This document shows, in pieces, positions 47,266-57,489 of a DNA stretch of 64,000 nucleotides; position 1 is the stretch's first letter, and each line of letters starts with the position of its first letter. Below the pieces are notes generated by a model. It saw only the letters and a list, made by a program, of their open reading frames with translations, was not told the DNA's origin and did not search any database. The stretch is from contig CAZMTN010000002.1 of NCBI GenBank assembly GCA_964569655.1, positions 901 through 64,900 of the forward strand. Direction: 5' to 3'. The position numbers and the translations under genes are program-made. The stretch comes from an uncultured Candidatus Saccharibacteria bacterium. GTDB taxonomy: Bacteria > Patescibacteriota > Minisyncoccia > Phycocordibacterales > Phycocordibacteraceae.

Positions 47266-48468
47266 TTATGCGACGATCTTCGTCACCACGCCTGCGCCGA
47301 CGGTCTTGCCTCCCTCGCGGATCGCGAAGCGGGTGTTGTCCTCGAGCGCTACCGGAGCGACGAGCTTCACCTTGAAGGTGACGGTGTCTCCCGGCATGAC
47401 CATCTCCTTGCCCTCGGCGAGCGTAACCTCTCCGGTCACGTCCGTCGTGCGGACATAGAACTGCGGCTTGTAGCCTGAGAAGAACGGCGTGTGGCGTCCA
47501 CCCTCGTCCTTCGAGAGGATGTAGACCTCAGCCTCGAAGTCGGTGCGCGGAGAAACCGAGCCTGACTTCGCGAGGACCTGTCCGCGATGGACGTCCTCCT
47601 TCTTCGTTCCGCGCAGAAGGATACCTGCGTTATCGCCGGCCATACCTTCCGAGAGCTGCTTGTTGAACATCTCGATGCCGGTGATGGTGGTCTTGGTCGT
47701 CGGCTTGATGCCCACGATCTCAACTTCCTCTCCGACCTTCACCACGCCGCGCTCGATGCGGCCCGTGACCACGGTTCCGCGGCCTTCGATCGAGAAGATG
47801 TCCTCGATAGGCATGAGGAACGGCTTGTCGGTCTGGCGCTCCGGCACCTCGAAGTATGAGTCCATGGTGTCGGCGAGCTCCTTGACCTTGAGCGCCCACT
47901 CGTTGTTCGCGTCCGTCGCCTCAAGCGCCTTGAGGCCCGAGCCGCGGATGATCGGCGTGTTTGCGCCGTCGAAGCCCTGCTTCGTGAGGAGCTCGCGGAT
48001 CTCCTCCTCGACGAGGTCGATGAGGTCAGCCTCCTCGACCATATCTACCTTGTTGAGGAAGACGATGAGCTTCTTGAGTCCCACCTGCTTAGCAAGGAGG
48101 ATGTGCTCGCGCGTCTGCGGCATCACGCCGTCGGTCGCGGCTACCACGAGTACCGCGCCGTCCATCTGGGCGGCACCGGTGATCATGTTCTTGATGTAGT
48201 CGGCGTGGCCCGGAGCGTCGATGTGCGCGTAGTGGCGGTTCGGGGTCTCGTACTCCGAGTGGTGGAGCGCGATGGTAATGCCGCGCGCCTTCTCTTCCGG
48301 CGCGTTGTCGATGTTCTCGACCTTCTCCATGCGGGCCTTGTAGCCTGCTGCTGAGTTGAGTCCGAGGACGTTAAGGATACCCGCGGTGAGCGTAGTCTTA
48401 CCATGGTCGACGTGACCGATGGTACCCACGTTCATATGCGGCTTGCTTCGGTCGAATGCGTCTGCCAT
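47266..48468 (-). CDS. tuf: elongation factor Tu
   Basis: G1-G4 motifs [18 protein letters not shown]; 400 aa. Confidence 0.95.
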   Translation of the reverse strand: MADAFDRSKPHMNVGTIGHVDHGKTTLTAGILNVLGLNSAAGYKARMEKVENIDNAPEEKARGITIALHHSEYETPNRHYAHIDAPGHADYIKNMITGAAQMDGAVLVVAATDGVMPQTREHILLAKQVGLKKLIVFLNKVDMVEEADLIDLVEEEIRELLTKQGFDGANTPIIRGSGLKALEATDANNEWALKVKELADTMDSYFEVPERQTDKPFLMPIEDIFSIEGRGTVVTGRIERGVVKVGEEVEIVGIKPTTKTTITGIEMFNKQLSEGMAGDNAGILLRGTKKEDVHRGQVLAKSGSVSPRTDFEAEVYILSKDEGGRHTPFFSGYKPQFYVRTTDVTGEVTLAEGKEMVMPGDTVTFKVKLVAPVALEDNTRFAIREGGKTVGAGVVTKIVA

Positions 48469-48684
48469 ATGATTGTAAAGTTACGTAAACGGTTTACTGC
48501 CCGCGCCTGCCTGTTAGGACAGGCGACCAAGGCGACGGAGCAACCTGGATAATTGCCGCGGTTCGGCTCCTTGCCGTTATAGCAAAAAGCCGCAGAACTG
48601 CGTTACTTCGAGAATACACGCATGCGGAGAGTCGGTCAAGAAAAAGGCGAAGGATTAGGCGCCACCGGAGTGGCGCCTAATTGT

Positions 48685-49092
48685 TCAGTGGAACGTCTCC
48701 TGGCTGATGAGCATGCTGATCTCCCAGGATATCTCCCCTATCGTGCAGAAGGCTGGGCCGAGGACGATCTCGGCCGCCTCGAGAGTCTCAGGCATGATCC
48801 CGAGCGGGAGCCGCCAGATGACGCTGAAGCCGAGGTCGCTCGGCTTGAACTCGAGCTCGGCGCGCGGCAGCCGGGGCGAGAGCTCGAACAGGCGCCAGCG
48901 GCTGTAGGTACCGATGTCCCCGAGCAGGAAGGAGAGCTCCCCTTCATAGCGGTCGGGGAACCGGATCACGCCCCGCACCTCGTCGCAGGAAGCCGTGCAC
49001 GGGAGCAAGAACGCGACGCACGGAGGCACGTAGGCGTATACGCCGGCATCCTTCTTCCGAAGGAACGAAAGCAACGCGGTATTGACCGTCAT
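48685..49092 (-). CDS. hypothetical protein (135 aa)
   Basis: internal ATG (MTVNTALLSFLRKKD...) with AAGGA SD; upstream part of the track ORF is low-complexity. Confidence 0.4.
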   Translation of the reverse strand: MTVNTALLSFLRKKDAGVYAYVPPCVAFLLPCTASCDEVRGVIRFPDRYEGELSFLLGDIGTYSRWRLFELSPRLPRAELEFKPSDLGFSVIWRLPLGIMPETLEAAEIVLGPAFCTIGEISWEISMLISQETFH

Positions 49093-49191
49093 GGCAGTTC
49101 CTTTCTGTGAAAGACCTCTTCGCTGTCCATGGTACACCCGCGCACAAGAGTGTGGTAATCTCGTCAGGTGCTTAACAGAGGGGGATAAAGC

Positions 49192-49410
49192 ATGAAACGT
49201 CCGAGTCTCGGATTTCTTACGTTCGGAGCGGCCATCATCATTTTTTTGGGATGGGTCCCGCTCAGCGTCGAAGGCAGCAAACCTGGGTCCACCATCCCGG
49301 GGATGCTCATCGACGCGATGATGGTGATCTGGATCGTCCTGCTGATCCATGCCGTCGTCTGGTTCGCGGTCACGGCCCGCAGGAAGCCGAAAGAAGAAGC
49401 AGCTCTTTAA
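49192..49410 (+). CDS. small membrane protein (72 aa, 2 TM)
   Basis: ATG with GAGGGGGA SD; followed by hairpin GGCTCC...GGAGCC + TTTCTTTAT. Confidence 0.45.
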   Translation: MKRPSLGFLTFGAAIIIFLGWVPLSVEGSKPGSTIPGMLIDAMMVIWIVLLIHAVVWFAVTARRKPKEEAAL

Positions 49411-49515
49411 AGGGCGCAGGGGTATACAAGGAAGATAAGGCTCCGCCACGCGTGGAGCCTTTCTTTATGCGAAAACCGCCCTTTCGGGCGGCTTTCGGGA
49501 GAATCTCACTCGAGA

Positions 49516-50025
49516 CTACATCCGCCCCTGGAGATCGCTCATGAGCTTCAAGGCGCGCTCGATGCGAGCCTTGTTCTCCGCTTCAGTCTGCTCAGTTCCT
49601 GGACTCACGATCACTTCCGCGACCTGGCCGCTCCTCCCCGCAAGATCCTCGTACTGCCGCTCGAGCGCGTCCGCCTGACGCGCGAGCGCCTCGGACCCTG
49701 TCTCGCCGGTCGCGTCGATGACCGTCGGCTGGCGCAGGTCGGTGTCTCCCCGAGGAGCCATGGTGACGACCGCCTGGTCGCCATTAAGCTCGACCGCGGC
49801 CCCGTTGCCCATCTGCATCGGCGCACCCATCTCCTCGGCGGTTATCTCCTGTATGAGGACCGGCCTCTCCTTCGCCTTCGGCATGGAATCTTTGATGACC
49901 TCTCCAGTCGCGCCTCCGGCTAAGGCGCCGCCAACGAGTACCGTTGCGCCGACGACCCCAGCTCCCTTATTGATATCCTCCTCGGATGCTGCCTTCTTCT
50001 TGAACGGGTTCTCGAAAAATCCCAT
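49516..50025 (-). CDS. hypothetical Gly/Ala-rich protein (169 aa)
   Basis: ORF downstream of fusA on same strand; no family. Confidence 0.4.
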   Translation of the reverse strand: MGFFENPFKKKAASEEDINKGAGVVGATVLVGGALAGGATGEVIKDSMPKAKERPVLIQEITAEEMGAPMQMGNGAAVELNGDQAVVTMAPRGDTDLRQPTVIDATGETGSEALARQADALERQYEDLAGRSGQVAEVIVSPGTEQTEAENKARIERALKLMSDLQGRM

Positions 50026-50110
50026 GGATGGTGATGTAAGTGGTACCGCCTAAGGATAGCAAGACAGGCGCCACGAGGGCGCCTGTCTGTGCATAACGTC
50101 GTTCGCGAAA

Positions 50111-52258
50111 TTATTTGCGAGCCGCGATGATCTCCTGCGCGACGTTCCCCGGCACCACCTCGTACTTCTCGAACTCCATGGTCATGGAGCCGCGTCCTTC
50201 CGTCATGGAGCGGAGCGTGGTGGTGTAGCCGAACATCTCGGAGAGCGGCACATGAGCGTGGATGGCCTTGTTCATGCCGCGGTCCTCCATGCCTTCGATA
50301 GCGCCGCGCTTACCCGAGAGGGAGCCGGTGATGTCGCCCATGAACTTCTCCGGCACGACCACCTCGACGCGCATGATCGGCTCGAGGATGACCGGCTTCG
50401 CCTTCTCGGCCGCTTCCTTGAACGCCATGGATGCGGCGATCTTGAAGGCGATCTCCGAGGAGTCCACATCGTGGTACGAGCCGTCGTAGAGCTCGATCGA
50501 GAGATCCACCACCGGGAAGCCGGCGAGGATACCGCGGGCCATAGACTCGCGGAGACCCTTCTCCACCGGCGCGATGAACTCGGCCGGGACCACGCCTCCC
50601 TTGATGTTGTTGATGAACTCGAAGTGGTCCTCGCGGGTGACGTTCTTCGGGATCTTCGCGCCCTCCTCAAGCGGCTCGAGGTGCTTCATCTTGATCTTCA
50701 CGTGGCCGTACTGACCCTTACCGCCGGTCTGCTTGATGTACTTACCTTCGGCATCTGAGGCACCCATGATGGTCTCGCGGTACGCCACCTGCGGCTTGCC
50801 CACGTTCGCGGTCACGTTGAACTCGCGCTTCAGGCGGTCCACGAGGATCTCGAGGTGGAGCTCGCCCATGCCCGAGATGATGGTCTCGTTGGTCTCGTCA
50901 TCCGAGGTGACGCGGAAGGTCGGGTCCTCGTCGGAGAGCTTCTTCAATGCCATGCCCATCTTCTCCTGGTCGGCCTTGGTGGCCGGCTCGATGCGGAGCG
51001 ACACCACCGGCTCCGGGAACTTGATGGACTCGAGGATGATCGGATGGTTCTCGTCGCAGAGGGTGTGGGAGGTCTTCGTGTCCTTGAGGCCCACCGCTGC
51101 GGCGATCTCTCCGGCGAACACCTTCTTCACCTCTTCGCGCTTGTCTGCCTGGAGGCGCACGATGCGTCCCACGCGCTCCTTGGTGCCCGTAGCGGAGTTG
51201 TATACGTACGAGCCGGCCTCGATGCTTCCTGAGTACACGCGGAAGAACGTGAGGGCTCCGACGAACGGGTCGGTCTGGAGCTTGAACGCGAGCGCGGTGA
51301 ACGGCTCCTCGTCTGACGCCTTGCGCACGAGCTCCGCTCCGGTCTTCGGATCGGTGCCGGTGACGGGCGGCATGTCGAGCGGGGACGGGAGGTACTCCAC
51401 GACGGCGTCCAGCACCAGCTGCACGCCCTTGTTCTTGAGCGCTGAACCCGTGAATACCGGGAAGATCTTGTTCGCGATCACCGCCTTGCGGAGGATCTTC
51501 TTGAGCTCCTCGACCGAAGGCTCCTTGCCCTCGAGGTACGCGCTCATGGCGGCGTCATCGTGCTCCACGATGCGCTCGACGAGCTCCGCGCGGTACTTCT
51601 TCGCCTCCTCGACGAGCTCCGCCGGGATCTCTCCCTCCACCACTTCCTCGCCCATGTTCCCGACGAAGGAGTACGCCTTCATCTTGAGGAGGTCTACGAC
51701 GCCCTCGTGGTTGCCCTCTTCCCCGATCGGGATCTGCATGCGAACGGCCTTCTTAGAAAGGCGGTCGAGGATGGATGCGTAGGAGCGCTCGAAGGATGCT
51801 CCGGTGCGGTCCAATTTATTGATGAAACAGAGGCGCGGGACGTTAGCCTCGTCCGCGTAGCGCCAGTTGGTCTCCGACTGCGGCTCCACTCCGGCGACGC
51901 CGTCGAACACGACGACCGCGCCGTCGAGCACGCGCATGGAGCGCTTCACCTCCACGGTGAAGTCGATGTGGCCCGGGGTGTCGATCACGTTGAAACGGGT
52001 CTTCTTGGACGGATCCTTCTTGTCCGCCTCGGTCGACTGCGTCCAGAAGCAGGTGATGGCCGCTGCAGTGATGGTGATGCCGCGCTCGCGCTCCTGCTCC
52101 ATCCAGTCGGTGGTGGTCTCTCCTTCGTGCACCTCGCCGATCTTGTGCTGGGAGCCCGTGTAGAAGAGCACGCGCTCGGACGTGGTGGTCTTGCCCGCAT
52201 CGATGTGGGCGATGATACCGAAGTTGCGCACTCGATCCAATGGATAATCGCGGTTCAT
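50111..52258 (-). CDS. fusA: elongation factor G
   Basis: GTPase motifs [21 protein letters not shown]; 715 aa. Confidence 0.95.
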   Translation of the reverse strand: MNRDYPLDRVRNFGIIAHIDAGKTTTSERVLFYTGSQHKIGEVHEGETTTDWMEQERERGITITAAAITCFWTQSTEADKKDPSKKTRFNVIDTPGHIDFTVEVKRSMRVLDGAVVVFDGVAGVEPQSETNWRYADEANVPRLCFINKLDRTGASFERSYASILDRLSKKAVRMQIPIGEEGNHEGVVDLLKMKAYSFVGNMGEEVVEGEIPAELVEEAKKYRAELVERIVEHDDAAMSAYLEGKEPSVEELKKILRKAVIANKIFPVFTGSALKNKGVQLVLDAVVEYLPSPLDMPPVTGTDPKTGAELVRKASDEEPFTALAFKLQTDPFVGALTFFRVYSGSIEAGSYVYNSATGTKERVGRIVRLQADKREEVKKVFAGEIAAAVGLKDTKTSHTLCDENHPIILESIKFPEPVVSLRIEPATKADQEKMGMALKKLSDEDPTFRVTSDDETNETIISGMGELHLEILVDRLKREFNVTANVGKPQVAYRETIMGASDAEGKYIKQTGGKGQYGHVKIKMKHLEPLEEGAKIPKNVTREDHFEFINNIKGGVVPAEFIAPVEKGLRESMARGILAGFPVVDLSIELYDGSYHDVDSSEIAFKIAASMAFKEAAEKAKPVILEPIMRVEVVVPEKFMGDITGSLSGKRGAIEGMEDRGMNKAIHAHVPLSEMFGYTTTLRSMTEGRGSMTMEFEKYEVVPGNVAQEIIAARK

Positions 52259-52357
52259 AGAGAGAATATAAAAATAAAGGCGCCGAGGCGTTATCCGTAG
52301 AATAGCGGAAAGGAGGAGAAAAGTAAAAGGGCGGCTTTTGAGGGGCCGCCCTTCTAT

Positions 52358-52777
52358 CTATGGACTCTCCCTGCGATAGACCGGGAACTCGCGCCAGTGG
52401 CTCGCCACGACCTGCCTGCGCTCGAACGCCTCCTTGAAGCGCTTGCTGAGGCGGCCGAAAAGCTCGTCCGACTCAGTCCAGACATACGCTTCATAGGGGT
52501 CTCCGAATTCGCCCCCTACCGCGGTCGTGGCGATGACCTTCCCGTCCTGGACGAACTCGACGAGACGTCCTTTAGGGTTGCCCCGGGTAGTGACCGGATT
52601 GCGGGGCGACGAGATCTCTTCGGCGAGCATTTCGAGATCTTCCCGGAAGCAGCGGTTGTACGGGCCGGCGCCGTACCAGGGATCTTCAGGAACCTGCGCT
52701 GGTCTCGGCAACCTTGGGCGTAACATCCTGCCTAGCAATGCGAACATGCGTATCTCCAAATCTTGATCCGAGGGCAC
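52358..52777 (-). CDS. hypothetical protein (139 aa)
   Basis: followed on minus strand by hairpin GGGCGGC...GCCGCCC + T-run before fusA. Confidence 0.35.
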   Translation of the reverse strand: MPSDQDLEIRMFALLGRMLRPRLPRPAQVPEDPWYGAGPYNRCFREDLEMLAEEISSPRNPVTTRGNPKGRLVEFVQDGKVIATTAVGGEFGDPYEAYVWTESDELFGRLSKRFKEAFERRQVVASHWREFPVYRRESP

Positions 52778-52838
52778 TATAGGCCGCTTATATATAAAAG
52801 CAAAGAGGCCCCCTTTCGGAGACCCCCTCGTAGTGCTT

Positions 52839-53270
52839 TTAGTATTTTACCTGTCCTAACGGCGGGATGCGTTCGAAGCGGCGCTCGTCCATGGGGTCAT
52901 CGAAGACCTTCTCGGCCTTCGGGCAACCGGCGTCCGTGATGGGAACGACACATACGTGCTTCCAGCCCGGAACGAAGAAGTGCCAGACCCCGTCGAACCA
53001 GGTGATTCGGGGACTGTAGGGATCATCGGCGATCACATACCCGCAGAAAAGACCGAAGGCAATCACCGATGCGATCACTATCCGGCGTACCCAGACCCAG
53101 ACCCGGCACAGGAAGGACCAGAGCCTACGCAATGCCGCTTCTGACTGATACGTGAGCGCTGGTCCGCGGGTATCAACCTCGAACGCGCGCCCTCCGTAAA
53201 GAACATCTACATCTACTGATGACACGGGAACCTCTACTTCGATAATCAGTTTCAGGCAACATAATGACAC
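52839..53270 (-). CDS. hypothetical membrane protein
   Basis: central TM (RRIVIASVIAFGLFCGYVI); no family. Confidence 0.3.
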   Translation of the reverse strand: MSLCCLKLIIEVEVPVSSVDVDVLYGGRAFEVDTRGPALTYQSEAALRRLWSFLCRVWVWVRRIVIASVIAFGLFCGYVIADDPYSPRITWFDGVWHFFVPGWKHVCVVPITDAGCPKAEKVFDDPMDERRFERIPPLGQVKY

Positions 53271-53316
53271 GGTAATTCAAATAAGGCAAGTTCCTGTCCT
53301 TCCTGCCCTGCAAACG

Positions 53317-55269
53317 ATGTATAGTGCGCATATGGATTACATCCCGACCCGCGTCCAGGATCTCCTGACCTCGCTCAGCGCCTGGTGGGTGCTGGTGCTC
53401 ATCGGGGCGTTCCTCATCTCGGTCTCCTTGGGCTTCTCCATCCCGCTCGCCTACCCCGTCGCGATAGCGCTCTCCTTCTTCGGGGGCCCGGCGTACGCCA
53501 TCGTCATGTTCGTGCTCTCTCTGAGCTACGGCATCTGGTCCGGCTGGTCCGTGACCGCGCTCCTCCTCGTACCGGCGGCACAGGCCGTTTCCGTCGCCGG
53601 CGCCGCGTACGCCCTCCGGAGGCTCCAGGTAGACCCGCTCTTCCGAAAGCGCCATGACACGCTCTATACCATCGGCGTCCTTGCTGCAGCGACGCTCCTC
53701 GTCTCTGCCGCCCGCTCGTTCGCCTTCGCCATGCCGTGGCTCACTCTCTACAGCGCCATCTTCATGGCCTCGATCGCCATCGTGCCGTTCGGCATGCGCT
53801 GGGTCGGCAAGCCGCACTTCAGCCGCTCGTGGATCGAGATCATGGAGATCGTGGCCGTCTTCTTCATACTCACCGCCTCCGTGTGGAGCATCGCGACGTA
53901 CGGGTTCGATATCGCGGGCGCGGCGGCGATTCTGCTCGCTCTCTCGTGGATCGCGCTCGAGCTGCGCCCGCGCTTCACCACGCTCGCGGTGCTCATCCTC
54001 GCGTTCGCTGTATCGGTCGCACGTCCCCATGACCCCATCGCGGACTTTTTCGTCTCCGCGCTCGGCTGTCTCTTCCTCCTGTTCTCCTCGCTCGAGGAGC
54101 AGCGCCGCGTGAGCGTGAACCTGGCCAAGAGCCAGATGGGTGCCTTGGAGAACGCCATGGCGCGCATGTCGTCCGAGGCCCAGGGCAAGAATGATTTCAT
54201 CGCCATGCTCGCGCATGAGCTCAGGAATCCGCTCGCGCCCATCGCTTCGAGCATCGAGCTCATGCAGCTCAAGGAGCGCGACGAGGAGGAGAAAGGCATG
54301 CTCTCCATGATGAACGACCGCGTGCAGACCATCCGCCGGCTGCTTGAGGACCTACTCGACACCTCGCGCATCAGCGAAGGCAAGTTCGCCATCCGGAAGG
54401 AGGTGGTGGAGCTGCGTGCGGTCATCGAGCGCGCGATCGCCTCCACCGAGCACTACTTCAAAGAGAGCCATCAGACCCTCCGTACGGACCTCCCGGGCGA
54501 CGCGGTCTACGTGCGCGGGGACGCCGTCCGCCTCGAGCAGGTGGTGGGCAATCTCCTCGCGAACGCGTCCAAGTATTCAAATAGCGGCGGCACTGTCTCG
54601 ATCGCGCTCAAGAAGAAAGAAGACGACGCCGAGATCTCCGTGCGGGATAACGGCGTCGGCATCCCGGCAGACGCCCTCGAGGACATCTTCATTCCGTTCC
54701 ACCAGGCCGGGCACGAATCGCGCACGAAGAAGGGCCTCGGCATCGGACTCGCGCTCGTCCGCGGCTTCGTCACCATGCACGGCGGGTCCATACGCGTGGA
54801 GAGCGAGGGCGAGGGCAAAGGCAGCACGTTCACCGTGCGATTCCCCCGCATCGAGCCGCTCACGTCGGCGAGCGAAGAGGAGGCATCGGACGCGCCGGCG
54901 ACGTTCGCGCCCGGCTTCCGCGTGCTCGTGGTGGACGACAACGACGCCGCAGCGGGCGTGCTCGGGAAGCTCCTCATACTCCGCGGCGCGGAAGTGGACT
55001 ACGCCTACGACGGCAAGCAGGGCATCGACCGCGCCAAGCGCTTCTTCAAGCCGGACCTCATCCTCCTCGACATCGGCCTCCCGGACATGGAGGGATACGA
55101 GGCGGCCAAGCGCATCCGCAAGAACGGATACGAGGGCCGTCTCATCGCGCTTACGGGCTACGACTCCGAGGAATCACGCCAGAAAAGTAAGGACGCCGGC
55201 TTCGACGCCCACCTCGTGAAGCCCATCGGTCTCGCCGAGCTCCAGGCCGCGGTGCCGGAGCTCCGCTAG
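53317..55269 (+). CDS. hybrid sensor histidine kinase / response regulator (polytopic membrane sensor + HisKA + HATPase_c + REC)
   Basis: ~8 N-terminal TM helices; H-box MLAHELRNPLAPI; N/G boxes (NASKYSNSGG, DNGVGI, GLGIGLALV); C-terminal receiver VLVVDDNDAA...LDIGLPDMEGYE...KPI. Confidence 0.85.
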   Translation: MYSAHMDYIPTRVQDLLTSLSAWWVLVLIGAFLISVSLGFSIPLAYPVAIALSFFGGPAYAIVMFVLSLSYGIWSGWSVTALLLVPAAQAVSVAGAAYALRRLQVDPLFRKRHDTLYTIGVLAAATLLVSAARSFAFAMPWLTLYSAIFMASIAIVPFGMRWVGKPHFSRSWIEIMEIVAVFFILTASVWSIATYGFDIAGAAAILLALSWIALELRPRFTTLAVLILAFAVSVARPHDPIADFFVSALGCLFLLFSSLEEQRRVSVNLAKSQMGALENAMARMSSEAQGKNDFIAMLAHELRNPLAPIASSIELMQLKERDEEEKGMLSMMNDRVQTIRRLLEDLLDTSRISEGKFAIRKEVVELRAVIERAIASTEHYFKESHQTLRTDLPGDAVYVRGDAVRLEQVVGNLLANASKYSNSGGTVSIALKKKEDDAEISVRDNGVGIPADALEDIFIPFHQAGHESRTKKGLGIGLALVRGFVTMHGGSIRVESEGEGKGSTFTVRFPRIEPLTSASEEEASDAPATFAPGFRVLVVDDNDAAAGVLGKLLILRGAEVDYAYDGKQGIDRAKRFFKPDLILLDIGLPDMEGYEAAKRIRKNGYEGRLIALTGYDSEESRQKSKDAGFDAHLVKPIGLAELQAAVPELR

Positions 55270-55335
55270 ACGCCCCCCTCTTTTAGTGGTACATCGATAC
55301 AGAAGGGCGCGTGTTCTTAACGCAAAGGATCGACC

Positions 55336-55992
55336 ATGAACCTGTTACCGGAACAGGTCGCTGGCCTGTTCCTCAAACGTAATGTCACCATAGAGCAGTT
55401 CAACGAGGAGAGCGACAAGCCGTTCTCGTCGCTTCAGAAGGAGCACGATACCGGCGAAGCCCGCATCTTTCGCCAACGGAACGGCCGTTTCCTCCGCTTC
55501 TCGCATGCTGCCCGCATCTTCACTGCGGACAAGCGCTTCGAATACCGCGAAGTGGGCCATCGCCGGCTCCGCTCCGCTAACGCGAAGACGCGATACGAGA
55601 CGAAGCCGCACGTGATCAGCGAGACCATCCATTGGTGGTCACCGGTGCACGAGCGGGAACGGAAGGCTGCGATCTTCGGCATCCAGGAAGAGCTCGGCAC
55701 GTTCGTGAGCGAGAAGGCCCTGGTCTTCCTCGGTTGCGACCTCAGGTGGCCGGCTCCTCATGTATCGAGCGCGTACTTCGAGTTCGACAGCTCGACGAAG
55801 GGGTACAACTTCTTCGTCCCGCCTGAACTGCTCGGACTGCATGAGCGCGACTGGGAGAACAACCGCACGTTCACGAGCGAATACATCGCAGACGGGACGA
55901 TGAAGGAGTCGATAAGCATCATCGAGCGGTTCCCGATCACCGACACCGGAAGGAAACTTCTGGAGAGAGTGAAGCAGCTCCGCGCCGCATGA
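55336..55992 (+). CDS. hypothetical protein (218 aa)
   Basis: downstream of the hybrid kinase; followed by terminator GCCCCGCGCC-loop-CGCGGGGC + TTTTTT (56005-56037). Confidence 0.4.
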   Translation: MNLLPEQVAGLFLKRNVTIEQFNEESDKPFSSLQKEHDTGEARIFRQRNGRFLRFSHAARIFTADKRFEYREVGHRRLRSANAKTRYETKPHVISETIHWWSPVHERERKAAIFGIQEELGTFVSEKALVFLGCDLRWPAPHVSSAYFEFDSSTKGYNFFVPPELLGLHERDWENNRTFTSEYIADGTMKESISIIERFPITDTGRKLLERVKQLRAA

Positions 55993-56175
55993 ATGCACAC
56001 TGAACGCCCCGCGCCTAAAAACGCGGGGCCTTTTTTATAGGATGTTGAAGAGGTAGAGGAGGATGATAAGCGAGAGCGGCACGCCGAGGATCCAGAGTAC
56101 GAGTCCTTTCATACGGATGAATTATGCGGATATGCAGGTATGTATAGCCCCTCCCCTATGAAGGGAGCGTGATAT

Positions 56176-56209
56176 GAAAAACCGCCCTCTCGGGCGGCTT
56201 TCCTTTTCG
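56176..56209. terminator. intrinsic terminator AAAAACCGCCC-TCTC-GGGCGGCTTTCCTTTTCG (recurrent family) immediately after rpsG
   Basis: 3 nt downstream of rpsG stop on minus strand. Confidence 0.6.
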
Positions 56210-56211
56210 TA

Positions 56212-56676
56212 TTACCAGGCGAAGTGGGCGAAGGCCTTGTTGGAGTCCGCCATGCGGTGCATGTCGTCCTTCTTCTTGATGGCGTTGCCTTCGTTCTTGG
56301 CCGCGAGGATGAGCTCGTTGGCGAGCTTGTCCGCCATAGGCTTGCCCTTGGTGGCGCGGGCGCCGCCGATGATCCAGCGGAACGAGAGCGCGAGGCGGCG
56401 TGCCTGCGGGACCTCGCGCGGAACCTGGTAGTTCGCGCCTCCGACGCGGCGGGAGCGGACTTCCATGAGCGGAGAGACATTGCGGATCGCGGTCTCGAAA
56501 GTCTCGAGGGGATCCTGGCCGTCCGCCTTGATCTTCTCGAGGGCGTCGTACACGATGGTGCGCGCCGTATCCTTCTTGCCGTCCCACATCACCGCGTTGA
56601 TGAAGCGGGTGAGCATCTCGGACTTGTATTTGAGGTCTGGGCGCCAGGTGCGCTGCTTCTTGAGTGGACGTCGCAT
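56212..56676 (-). CDS. rpsG: 30S ribosomal protein S7
   Basis: conserved S7; 154 aa. Confidence 0.9.
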   Translation of the reverse strand: MRRPLKKQRTWRPDLKYKSEMLTRFINAVMWDGKKDTARTIVYDALEKIKADGQDPLETFETAIRNVSPLMEVRSRRVGGANYQVPREVPQARRLALSFRWIIGGARATKGKPMADKLANELILAAKNEGNAIKKKDDMHRMADSNKAFAHFAW

Positions 56677-56681
56677 AATAA

Positions 56682-57089
56682 TTATTTAGGCTTCTTGCCG
56701 CCGTAACGGGAGCGGGAGACGCGGCGCTTCTCGAGGCCGGCGGTGTCGAGCTTGCCGCGGACGACGGTGTACTGGACGCCGATGTCCTTCACGCGGCCGC
56801 CGCGCACGAGGACGACGGAGTGCTCCTGGAGGTTGTGGCCCTCTCCCGGGATGTACGCGGTGATCTCCATGCCGTTGGTGAGGCGGACGCGGGCGATCTT
56901 ACGGATAGCGGAGTTAGGCTTGCGCGGGGTCTTGGTGGTCACCTTGGTGCAGACGCCACGCTTGAACGGAGACGGGTAGAACGTCGGGTGGTTCTCAAGC
57001 GTGTTGAAGCCGCGGCCAAGAGCCAAGACCTTCGTCTTGCGAGGCTTGTCCTTGCGGCGCTTCTTCGTGAGCTGGTTGATGGTTGCCAT
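56682..57089 (-). CDS. rpsL: 30S ribosomal protein S12
   Basis: highly conserved S12 ([45 protein letters not shown]). Confidence 0.95.
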   Translation of the reverse strand: MATINQLTKKRRKDKPRKTKVLALGRGFNTLENHPTFYPSPFKRGVCTKVTTKTPRKPNSAIRKIARVRLTNGMEITAYIPGEGHNLQEHSVVLVRGGRVKDIGVQYTVVRGKLDTAGLEKRRVSRSRYGGKKPK

Positions 57090-57212
57090 GCAATAAATAA
57101 GACCCGCGCTGGGTCAGAAGCACTATATATAAATGCGGGAGGAAATGCAAATAGAGTAAGGGCGGCCGGGACATGTAAGTCCGGTCGCCCTTTGGTTTCC
57201 CCGGCCCTGAGG

Positions 57213-57395
57213 TCAGGGGGTGGTGCTTGTGGTGGTCGGGACCAGGACGGCTGTGGGCTCATGCGGCATGACCAGGGGTCCGAGCCCGGCAACCACGAGG
57301 GCGACGACGGCGATGACGATGACAACCGGAAAGCCGGCGGCCTGAATCGGGGAATCGCTCTGCACGGGGTCTCCTCCCCAAGATGTACTACGCAT
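57213..57395 (-). CDS. possible small membrane protein (60 aa)
   Basis: hydrophobic core PVVIVIAVVALVVAGLG; weak evidence. Confidence 0.2.
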   Translation of the reverse strand: MRSTSWGGDPVQSDSPIQAAGFPVVIVIAVVALVVAGLGPLVMPHEPTAVLVPTTTSTTP

Positions 57396-57489
57396 GCTTC
57401 TCTCCCTTTTTATCTCGGCATCCGGAAAGGTGCCGATCGAGCAAGACTACGCCCGCGCGGACGCGCCGGCAAGCGAGTTATGCACTCCC

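Noticed and set aside
48622-49110. Track ORF 48622..49110(+) and the N-terminal 119 aa of 48685..49449(-)
   Set aside because: Low-complexity Arg/Glu/Pro-rich; the minus-strand gene is better supported from the internal SD-linked ATG at 49092.
50060-50095. 10-bp hairpin GACAGGCGCC...GGCGCCTGTC downstream of fusA
   Set aside because: No U-tract on either strand, so not called as an intrinsic terminator; may still be an RNA-stability element.
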